From NCBI GenBank assembly GCA_001179505.1, contig CDMY01000617.1, forward strand, positions 1-41,971: DNA of 41,971 bases, given 5' to 3'. Both the position numbers and the translations under genes were made by a program. The notes under the pieces are model-generated. The model made no database searches. It saw only the letters and a program-made list of their open reading frames with translations, and was not told the DNA's origin. The stretch's first letter is position 1; every line of letters begins with the position of its first letter. Source of the stretch: Vitrella brassicaformis CCMP3155. Taxonomy: Eukaryota; Protista; Chromerida. Shown here in pieces: positions 8,678 to 19,038 of the stretch.

Positions 8678-11600
8678 ATGACGGCCTTCCCCCAAGACCG
8701 GCTGCGTGACCTGGGCTTCGAGATATCCGACGGGAGGCTCTATGACGTCAACACTGGTGACGCGTGCCTCTGCAGGGGGGATTTGCACTGACAGATGGAT
8801 GTGTCTGTGTGCAGGGGATCCCTATCGAGACCGAGGCGGTGCCCCCCACCTACAGAGGGACAAGATAATCGACCTCGGTACGGAAGAGAGAACACGCACA
8901 ACGTTATTCAAAGGACCTTGCCTTGACTGCCTTGATTGCCTTGATTTGCCAGTGGGTTCGTACGTGACTTCCCTGCTGTCAAGAGAATGCCAGCTTATGC
9001 GAGTGTTCGTGCCTCTGGACAGCCTCACGGCCTACCTCTCCCTCACCCGCCCGATGCCCAGTGACTTTGACCGCGTCAAGCATGACATCCAGCGGGCCAC
9101 TGAAAGCCCACCGAGGCCAGCGCATGAGGGCATCGGCGTGGAGTTCTGGATGTCGCAGGTGAGCCGGCGTAATTCGAAAGTCGGCGTTGCCCCAAATCAT
9201 CTGCACTGGCTTGTGTCTCTGTTGTATGTGTTCAGGGTGCGGTGGAGAGGGCAGGGCGTGTGTTGGTGCTGATACAGTCGTCAGGTGCCAAGGCGTCTGC
9301 GGGCATGTGGGGCATCGGTGAGCAAAATGAGAGAATGGCCACAGCCCCCTTCGGCCATCCATCCCTTCCTTTTGTGGATGTGTATGGTGCAGAAACGTGC
9401 CTGAAGTTGGGGCTGAACACGGGTCGAAAGAAAAGGCCGCCAAGCGCGTGTGCGAAGGGATGCTTTCTGCATGGTTGTGTGGCTCTCTCAGGCACCATCT
9501 TGCCATATGTGGAGGCGGCGAGAAGAGGTGGCCTTGCCATCTGCCTGCTCCGGCCATGTCCCGTCGACGGGTCAGCAGAAGCAGCACCTCAACCCACCCG
9601 TAGTGATGTCTCTTCGCACCTCTTTTTTGCGCACTGCAGGCAGGGCCGGCGTGTGGAGATCCCTTTTGAGGATGAGGTGGTCCGCACCACTTGGAGGGCG
9701 CTTTTCGCCATCATGAAGTCGACACAGGTGTGACGAGACACTCACTGCTCTTGCTCAACCGACACGCATCCCGTTTCCTTGCCGTTTTGCTTGTCTCCAG
9801 ATATATGTGCTGGCTTACCTGTATGGCGGTGAGGCCTTCGTCTCCCTGCTGGAGGCGGCTGCGGAGGATGAGGTGAATGAGGGAGGGCACATGATGATGT
9901 GTCTGACTTTCTTTCTCGTGTGTGTGTGTCATTCATGGCCCAGTGGCTGTCTCGCGTGCGATCAGTGGTGTTCTGCGACCCGAAGCACGACTTCAGAGAC
10001 AAGGCAATCAATCACCGTGGCGGAGCTCCCTTCACTCACACTCTGCTGTGTCTGCTGTCTTCAGGATGCCCCTGGTAGCCTTCGCGAGTTCATGCAGCGG
10101 TGCATGGCCATGTGCCCCACACACCTGCCAAGAATGACGCCGCTGACGGAACATGCGCGCCGCTTCGGCTGCCTGACGGTCGCGGGCAACATCAACGGCG
10201 AGTCCATGATGACCGAAGCAATCGATGACATATTCCACTCATTCGAACAGGTCTCACATCATGACACATATCTCTCTCTACACACACACACACACACACA
10301 CAACGCCTGTCTCTTCCATTCAGGCACGCCCACGCGAAGCCACGCCCACCTCTGTCCCGCCTCTAGCCTTCCCCGGTTCGCCAAGCCGCCGAGCAGCGTC
10401 ATCAGCAGAGTTGACAGACACACCCAACGTCAAGCCACGCAAGCGGCCGCCCAGCATGGTCCGCGTGTCGAGCAAGGGTTCTGACGACCAGCCGCCGAAG
10501 CGGCTCGTGCCCATCAACTTGTCTCACAGAAACAGCACCGGCACGCTCAACCTCAGGACACCGCGGATGAGGAAAGACGACAGAGGGCTCTTCGCCACGC
10601 CTGTGGTGGCGAAAACGGGGCAGATGTCGCCCCGCCTCTCTGCCACAGCCGGCAAGGAGCGGCATATCTATGTGTCCGTGGCCACCCCCGGCCACCACAC
10701 GGCGATGCGTTGCAAGGAGAGGACACACCGAATCGAGGGCATTGCCGCCGAGATCGACGCGAGGAAGCAGCTGTCCTTCCTAGAGAAGATCAGCAAGGTG
10801 GCACCACCAATAGAGGGCCCGCTTGCCTCCGCCAGGAGCCCACAGAGCCCTCGACTCGAGACCCACAGCGCACTAGTCAAGAAGAAGCCTCCGGTGCCTG
10901 TGCCGCCATTGTCGCTTCACGCCCTTTCACCAGCACCAGGGACCAATGCAGCAATCCCTCTGCGCACACAGGCTGGTGTCGGCCGCGGACGCAACGGTGC
11001 ACTCATGACCAACCGAGACAAGAGCCGAAGACCGTTCTCACCTGCCCTTGACGTGAGCGTGGTGCGACCCAGTGCAAGGGGGCCGCTGAAACGGTACTCT
11101 CACGATTACCTGCCGCTTGCATTCATCACGTGTGCTCGTTTCTGTCAGGGCGGCGGATGAGGAACCGCAGCCCAACGGCCGACCCCACTACACTCGAGTC
11201 GGAGGGGGGTTCACTGACAAGTTGGCCGCGGCTTCTCCTCGAGGCAGTGTGATGCTTAAGCGACAGCTGGAGCTCTTGCGTAAGGCACAATCGCAGCGCG
11301 TGATCATCCGGGACGACAAGAAGGAGAGCCTCTCGCGGGGGGGCAGCACGGTGGTCGAGATGGCGGCACAGACTGACACAGACGAAGACAATGGAAGCAG
11401 GGCGGCCCCAGAGGTGTCGCCGCGGCCCAGGATGGCCGACTGTGAGGTGCAGTGCTTGATGAAGGACGCTGATAAAGACCTGCGGATGCTAAGAAGGTGC
11501 TGCTCATACCTACTCCCATTGCAAGTGAGCAGGCAGCTGAACAAAAGAAGAGAGGGAAAGAAAGGCACGCGACAGGCGGTGCCTCCTTGTGTGTCTCAGG

Positions 11601-12322
11601 CGGTGCTTGAGGAGGAAGGCAATGGAGCCGTGGCCAACCACCCGACCACACGTCCGGAGACCATCGACGAGCCACCCATGTCCCCACCAGCCAAGCAGAT
11701 CCAGCCCACACACATCGAGTCCCCGTCAGCTGACGTGTCTCCCAACGCCATCGCACCCGCACAGGTGCCCTCTTCGCACGAGCCGCAGTTCTTCAGTGCA
11801 CTTCCCCCGTCCTCCCGCCGCATCATGATGGCATCCAGCTCAATACAAGAGCTGCCCTCGGCTCAGGTCGTCAATGCACCGACTGTCTGGGGTGCGACGT
11901 CGGACGCATCGCCGCGCGGACGGCCGCCGATGCACTGGGACGGCGGTTCGCCCAAGGACAGCCTGGTCTTCACACCGCGGGATCCGCAGCAGCAGCAGCA
12001 GCACCAGCCGTTCCAGATTCCCCCGCTGCAGCACATGATACATCGGGCGTCGGCCACGCAGCTGATGCAGGTGGTGAGCAACAACCTGAAGGACGAGCCG
12101 GTCAACCGCCCACGAGCTGCACCAGCACCGGTGGCTAAGGTGCCCCCTGCATGCTCTTGGCGGCCCTATGCCGCCGCTGGCCCTGCGTATCGGCTTCCTC
12201 TGCATCCGGCCATGATGCCCTATCGCCACCACCACCCACATCAGCGCTGGCAGATTCGGCCAAGCGCCTCCATGGAAGTCCTCCCACCTTCTATGGCATT
12301 CAGGCCGATGCCCGGCGCATAG
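8678..12322 (+). CDS. FAM172A: FAM172A/ARB2A (Arb2-domain) homolog with long disordered C-terminal extension
   Basis: Spliced product: MTAFPQDRLRDLGFEISDGRLYDVNTGDPY...LVGSYVTSLLSRECQLMRVFVPLD...VLVLIQSSGAKASAGMW...GTILPYVEAARRGGLAICLLRP...IYVLAYLYGGEAFVSLL...VRSVVFCDPKH. This is colinear with FAM172A motifs as I recall them ([65 protein letters not shown].L). Two large low-complexity exons (ORFs 10225-11160 and 11117-12322) follow in phase. Confidence 0.8.
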
Positions 12323-12577
12323 ACAAAGGGGGAGGGGAGGACAGATAGGGTGGGAAGCTCTGTGTGTGTCTGTCTGTGTGTTTGAGTGGGATGGCATTTT
12401 TCTTCCCCCATTTTTCTTTGGATGTATCATAAGTGGCGCATTGGTTGACCGAAGAAGCATTCATTGGCCAAGGACAGGCAGTCAATGTACGCAGTCGCAA
12501 GTGTCCTAGAGAGCGATGTGGCGCATACGCACAGCCATCTCACGAATGACAAAGTCTATATATCACCCACATCTCTG

Positions 12578-14913
12578 TCAAAGCCCCAGTTGGCTGAGCG
12601 TCAGCCACAGCAATGTTGATCCCAACAACAAGAGGCCTGAATAACGATCACGCACGTGCACGGCCACGCATCCACTTTCAGGGCTCTCCGTTGTCCCCGA
12701 GCTACTCTCTGGTGTGCCTGTACTGCTGCTCTGACCATTCTCTGTGGGTCTCTCTGTGCTGCCAACGGTACTGCCGGTGCTGTCTGGGCTGTCTGTGCTC
12801 GTCCTGCCTGTGTCTCCTCCATCCAAGTTGTCATCGGTTGTCGCCGTACCTGCATTGTCAGGCGTCCTTGTTGTTGACGACCGAGTTAAGAACAAATCAG
12901 CCTCCATGGCATCCCGTACGTCCTCAGTAATCTTCAGTGTCACGCCGTCCGCTCCCAGCTCATAAGTCGGCATCGCCGAGCAGATTGCTCCCTTGTTGCT
13001 GCCACCGACCTTCGCTTGGGGGCAGAGGGGAGACACATACTCGATCGTGCCGCCTTCTGTGGAAAAGTCCGACGCATCAGCTGAACATTTGGTGTCTTGC
13101 CCGCCTTGCGCGCTTGGTTTTGTGAGGCTGTGGTAGTTGCCGCCGCCCTCGCCCCAGACGTCTTTGCAGTTGGTTGATGGCCACACATTGCCGGCGTAAT
13201 TGCGATAAATGACTGCATGCCACGAACGAGACACACAGAGCGAGGAGAGCAAAGCATCATCCGGTGGTGTGTCTTCTCGTGAATAGCATGCCTGAGTCAG
13301 CGAGTGTCCACGCCCCGCCTCCGTTGGTCGCCACGGCAAAGCATACGTCCCCAATACTGATGTTATCCACAATGGTCAGGGCCTTGGCCTCCCCATCAGT
13401 GCTTCCGGAGACAACAAGCCCTGACAGCGAGACAAGACGGATGTGCGCCTGTTTCTGCCCTGCCGCTGCTTTCACCTGCCGTCAGCCCATCGGCACACGA
13501 GTTGCCCGATATTGCCACGTTGTCTATGTCGCACTCTCTCGTATTTGGCCCAATAAAGATGCTCGTGTAGGCTGACAGAGCAACACATCCATACCTTGCC
13601 CGTCCGTGTGTGTGTGTGTGTGTGATTGTGGGAGGGGGAGGGGGGAGAGGGGGGAGCCTGTCTCACCATCAGCAGTGTTGTTGGCGAATATGGAGTTCTC
13701 GATGATGGCTTTGCTGCCCTGCAGATACACGCCGGCTGCAAACCCCTGAAAGAATGCATACAAGCCGGGGTAAAGCCCTTTGCAAAATGGCATTTCCTCA
13801 CCTGATTATCGTCAGGAAGTATGGCGTTTCTGTAAAAGAGGGCGTTCTCAATGGTGGTCTCGTCACCGCCTTTCACCTGCCATTCGTTGTCGGTCCGGAA
13901 GATCGATCCGCCGAATGAGTTGGCCTTGTTTCCGGTGAACAAGACGTTACAGAAGTACATGGCCTTGTTTTGGCCGTCGATTGATATCGCCCCGCCTGCA
14001 TTCAAGCAACATCACAATGCGTGCGTCTCCCTCTTTGTGTGTCGTCACACCGTTGCCCCCATTGCCGGGATTGCCCTCCACCCCTGTGGCTTGGTTGTCA
14101 ATGAACCAGCTGTTTGTCACGTGCAGCGAATTGTCTGCAGCAGAAAGGAGACACAAACTCTTCGGGGACCCCCGGTGCCTCGTGTTTCTGGCTTCATTAC
14201 GAAGGTTGCCCATTGCCCCTCCGTTGCTGCCCTTATTCATGTAAAAGACAGACCGATCGACTTTCGTCACGCCAGCCAGGCTATATATCGCCCCACCGCC
14301 CACGTCTTGCCCCTTCTCGGGGGCGGCATTATCCCAGAACCAGCAATCGACCACTTCCAAAGTGCCGCCTGAAGAAACCCGAGTACGCATTGGTTTATTT
14401 GTCTTGCCTTCCTGTGTGTCTCCTCTACCACCGACCATATCTATAAAAGGCCCCTCCACCATCTTTCGTCTCGTCGCCAGACACCTGCTTAATGCTGCTC
14501 TTCGATCCAGTCAAGCCCAAGCCTCGGAGAGTGACCACTGGCACCGGCTCGTCCCACACCCGCGTGTTCATCACCAGCCGTGTCCCCTTGATGACCGCCT
14601 TTCCGTTGCCGTCAATGTAAGTGTTGTGCTGTGTGCTGATCTCTATTTCTGGCGTCCCCGAGAGGTCCAGAATCGTCACCTCGTCACACATGATCTGCCA
14701 TGCCCGGTCAGCAGTTGCATCCTTCGACGCCAGGAGCTTCTCCAAGACGGCAGCTGCGGTGCATGCGACCTCTTCAGGCGAAGATACTTTGGTGATCTGC
14801 GGGCGGGTGCATGAGCTTTCCCTGTCGAGCTGGGGAAGGGGAGAGAGGGTGAGAGCCACATCTGCAAATCCGGAGAGGACCAAGAGGAGCAGAAGGGAAA
14901 AACGACCACCCAT
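12578..14913 (-). CDS. Secreted right-handed beta-helix (pectin-lyase-like / polymorphic membrane protein repeat) protein, probably GPI-anchored
   Basis: Signal peptide MGGRFSLLLLLVLSGFADVA. Repeated GGA(F/I/M) and FxxN motifs (GGGAFY, FWDN, GGGAIY, FYMN, GGAMG, FIDN, GGAISID, FTGN, FYRN, FANN). Ser/Thr-rich stalk and hydrophobic C-terminus YSGLLLLGSTLLWLTLSQLGL*. Multiple GT-AG introns. Confidence 0.85.
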
Positions 14914-15107
14914 TGAAAGCCACAAGTCCCCCGGGTAGGTTGTGCAAAACGAATCTTGGGCGGCAACTCGTCACTACGGTGGAAGGGTGAAAGCGCCGCG
15001 CCTGAGACGGGAAAACCCCCAGCCCCCTCATCTGCGAGCTTAAGCGCCCAATCACTGAAGGGGAATCTCAAACATGACGAGCTTCTGACCCGCTCACACG
15101 TCCACTA

Positions 15108-16350
15108 ATGCGTTCGCTTCTCGGCTTCGCTGTTGCTTCTGCGGTGGTCGCCGCACGTAATCTGCTTACCTCCGCTGCAGCAGCCGCCCTTCCCTCCTCC
15201 CGGCTGCTTATCGGCTACGCCAGCTGGGCGCAATGCGACGACAAGGTCATCCAGGCTGTCGAGGAGGGCGTCAATGTGGTCATCTGGTTCTCCATCGACC
15301 TGGCTGTTAACGAGACAACAGGACGCCCGGAGGTGTTTGTGCGGCCTGATCTGGATTGCATCGCTGAGAAGGCGGCGATACTGAAGGAGAAAGGTCTTGA
15401 AACGACGCATCTCATCTCGATCGGCGGCTGGAATTCCCCCCACCCTGACACCAGCAACACGGCAAAAGACGTCTATTTGGAGTTCGACAGGTGGAACAGA
15501 GAGGACGTGGCGAGGGGCGGCTTTGGAGGCTTTGACGGCATCGATTGGGATGTCGAGGGCAACGACGATCTGTCATCGCCCTTCAACGAGCTGACGGCCG
15601 CGTGCATCAAGCTGATGGGTGAAATGTCGCAGTTGGCCAAACGAGATGGCTACATAGTGTTTATGGCGCCGCCCGAGAGCTATCTTGACTCGGCCACCAG
15701 CGCCTTCAGCCGGTCTCTGCTCTTCGGCCATCCCGAGNNNNNNNNNNNNNNNNNNNNNNNNNNNNNNNNNNNNNNNNNNNNNNNNNNNNNNNNNNNNNNN
15801 NNNNNNNNNNNNNNNNNNNNNNNNNNNNNNNNNNNNNNNNNNNNNNNNNNNNNNNNNNNNNNNNNNNNNNNNNNNNNNNNNNNNNNNNNNNNNNNNNNNN
15901 NNNNNNNNNNNNNNNNNNNNNNNNNNNNNNNNNNNNNNNNNNNNNNNNNNNNNNNNNNNNNNNNNNNNNNNNNNNNNNNNNNNNNNNNNNNNNNNNNNNN
16001 NNNNNNNNNNNNNNNNNNNNNNNNNNNNNNNNNNNNNGGTCGGCCTCTCATCCCAGACGATACGCGTGTCGCCCTCTCAGCTGGTGGTGGGGCTCATATG
16101 CGACGAGGTCATCGACAGCGACCGCATGCTTTACCTCTCGCCAAAACAGGTGGTGGAGGCCGACAAGGCGCTCACCAGGGCGGACATCTCTGTGCGGGGC
16201 TATGGCTACTGGAACATGCAGTGTGACGGCGTCAACACAGGCGTGCGGCTGTCGGCCGGCCTCAATGCCTTCCTCCATACGAGAAAGGGCGTCAAGGGAC
16301 AGAGTGGGTCGAGTTGGAGGCGGACAGGGAAAGGCTTGCTGGATTTGTGA
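15108..16350 (+). CDS. Secreted glycoside hydrolase family 18 (chitinase-like), apparently intronless
   Basis: Signal peptide MRSLLGFAVASAVVAA, LISIGGW, intact catalytic DxxDxDxE (FDGIDWDVE) and C-terminal GYGYW. The gap 15738-16037 is covered by the second copy, which is open across it. Confidence 0.9.
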
Positions 16351-17220
16351 GTGCGCCCATGAGTGAGGGTGTGTGGACCTGTGTGGTTTATTCGTTTGTA
16401 TGTGCAGCGGCGTCTGTGTATTTAGTCGATGTGCAATGTGGGTGTCTTTCTAAGCTGATGTGTATCTATCATGCCCTCCAAGCTGCCCGACCTATCTATC
16501 TGGATGACTCATTGTGGACCATCGACAATTAACGTAATAAATACGTTTGTTTGAGTGAGCAGCGACCTTTTCCTTTACTTATGGTGCCTGCCTGCTGCCT
16601 TTTCCGAATGCACGCAGGTGGGTGGCATAGTAATGACCGACTGACAATCTTCCCTCCCTCATTCGCGACAGACAGACAGAGAGACAGACAGTCGTGACGT
16701 CTGTGAGTGAGTGCGTAGCCTGGGAGCTTAGCCTCATCCACGCGGCTGGTGGGGACGACGCACCAACAGTCATGTCGACAGATGCATCGACTTTCCGCTT
16801 GGCTCAGGCTCGCTCCGTGGGCGAGGGGGTTCTTGGGTGTCACACGAGCGTGACGCACATCATGGTACACTCACTGCCTGCGTGACTGGACGGGCTGGAC
16901 GGGCTGGGCAGAGAGTGTCTGTGTGTGTGTGTGTGCGTGTGTGTGTGCGGTGGGTAAGGCAGACGCACAATTGCGGTAGTGAGTGGATGAAGCGACCGTG
17001 TTAAAGAGATGGATGGGCTTTGACACACAGTGTGAGGAGTCTTGTAGACACACACACACACAGAGAGAAAGAGGGAGGGGCACGTGCGCAGTGCACGCCC
17101 CCTCCGGGCCTCCCACCCTCTCTGCACACACAGCCCACCCCTGCGCACATCCGTGTGTGTGTGGCGAGGCGCCTGCCTGTCTGCTGCGCACTCCTGCACA
17201 CGCGTATTCACGAAATTCGC

Positions 17221-17278
17221 AAACCCTACGCACAATTAGGGTTTAGGGATAGGGTTTGGGTGTGGGGTTCCAAACCCT
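17221..17278. repeat. Short degenerate telomere-like (TTTAGGG/AAACCCT) tract
   Basis: aaaccctacgcacaattagggtttagggatagggtttgggtgtggggttccaaaccct. Confidence 0.55.
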
Positions 17279-17439
17279 GCAAGCTTAGAAATGCTGGGAG
17301 GAAAGGCACAGACCGCACAAACCGCACCGCGGCAGATCTCCGCAGAGAGGCTCACAGGAAGGCCACACACGCAGTCAGGAGCAGCCAGAAGGACCAATAA
17401 GCTGACATCTCTCTCTGTGTCTGAGTCTGTCTGTGTGTG

Positions 17440-17877
17440 CAGGTCGAGATGGCGTGCTGCGCCACGACCCGGAGGCTCGTTTGTGTGCCAGAGGATTGCT
17501 CTCGATGAAGGCTTTGCTATGCGCCGACCAATTGGCCTCTGCGGAACTTCTCTCTGACCCCTCCCTCTGCCATTTTTGTCCATCTCCGCAGGCCCGTGTT
17601 TGGCTCTGTGGGTGTAGCCCGGTCCATCCATCACATGGGTCAGGTGCATCAGCTCATGCGCCGCACAGGTGCCAAAGGAGAGGTCAGCAGCGCTTACACA
17701 CACACAGCACCGACGCTGGCGGGATTTTCACGTTTCTGACTGTAGGGTTACCCTTGTCGAGTGTCTGCAGGCCCACAGAGACCTGATAGACAAGATCCAA
17801 GACTAGTCTGGCATCCGGGCTTACTACTGACCAATATTCCGTCGAGGAGAAAATTTCACCTCCCCACTTGAACGTAT
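17440..17877 (+). pseudogene. Degenerate spliced coding-like fragments, unidentified
   Basis: Exon-like pieces (GRDGVLRHDPEARL..., ARVWLCGCSPVHPSHG, VTLVECLQAHRDLIDKIQD*SGIRAYY*PIFRRGENFTSPLE) bounded by intron-like ends, with internal stops. Confidence 0.25.
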
Positions 17878-17997
17878 GAGCCGCCCGCACACACCGGTTC
17901 ACACACACACACACACTCTCTCTCTCTATGTGTGAGTGTGTGTGTGCAGCTGTAGTGTGTGCCCGTCCGCCGCCCCCGTGTCTGTCTCTCTGAGTGT

Positions 17998-18829
17998 GAA
18001 CAGACAGGACGTGGCGAGGGGTGCCTTTGGAGGCTTTGACGGCATCGATTGGGATGTCGAGGGCAACAACGATCTGTCATCGCCCTTCAACGAGCTGACG
18101 GCGGCGTGCATCAAGCTGATGGGTGAAATGTCGCAGTTGGCCAAACGAGATGGCTACATAGTGTTTATGGCGCCGCCCGAGAGCTATCTTGACCCGGCCA
18201 CCAGCGCCTTCAGCCGGTCTCTGCTCTTCGGCCATCCCGAGTGGGATGCACTGCTCGAGGAGCCATTCACTTACCACGGCCGCAACACGTACGGGCCTCT
18301 GCTGAGCGATAAGTACGGCACGACCGAGCTGGCCAATGGCGAGATGGTGCCCACCATCGACATCGTCACGGTGCAGCTCTACGAGAGCTACACACACATT
18401 CTCTACAACGTGACTAAGAAGGAGCAGCCGTTGGCAGACTACATGGTGAACTGGGCCGCGAGCATCACTGATGGCTGGCAAGTGGACTTTGCGAGCGACC
18501 CGGCGAGCGACCCGGCGGTCGGCCTCTCATCCCAGACGATACGCGTGTCGCCCTCTCAGCTGGTGGTGGGGCTCATATGCGACGAGGTCATCGACAGCGA
18601 CCGCATGCTTTACCTCTCTCCTAACCAGGTGGAGGAGGCCGACAAGGCGCTCACCAAGGCGGACATCTCTGTGCGGGGCTATGGCTACTGGAACATGCAG
18701 TGTGACGGCATAAACACAGGCGTGCGGCTGTCGGCCGGCCTCAATGCCTTCCTCCATACGAGAAAGGGCGTCAAGGGACAGAGTGGGTCGAATTGGAGGC
18801 GGACAGGGAAAGGCTTGCTGGATTTGTGA
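17998..18829 (+). pseudogene. 5'-truncated duplicate of the GH18 chitinase
   Basis: Homology to copy 1 starts abruptly at gaacag (15494 vs 17998) and runs through the 3' flank to 16536/19015. It lacks the signal peptide and first ~130 codons, retains DGIDWDVE, and shows scattered substitutions versus copy 1. Confidence 0.7.
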
Positions 18830-19038
18830 GTGCGCCCATGAGTGAGGGTGTGTGGACCTGTGTGGTTTATTCGTTTGTATGTGCAGCGGCGTCTGTGTAT
18901 TTAGTCGATGTGCAATGTGGGTGTCTTTCTAAGCTGATGTGTATCTATCATGCCCTCCAAGCTGCCCGACCTATCTATCTCGATGACTCATTGTGGACCA
19001 TCGACAATTAACGTATGACGATAGTGCGCATGGCCCCC

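Noticed and set aside
16529-17250. Minus-strand exon-like pieces
   Set aside because: They could not be joined without stops and resemble nothing recognisable.
17221-17278. True chromosome end
   Set aside because: Short, degenerate, present in both orientations and internal.
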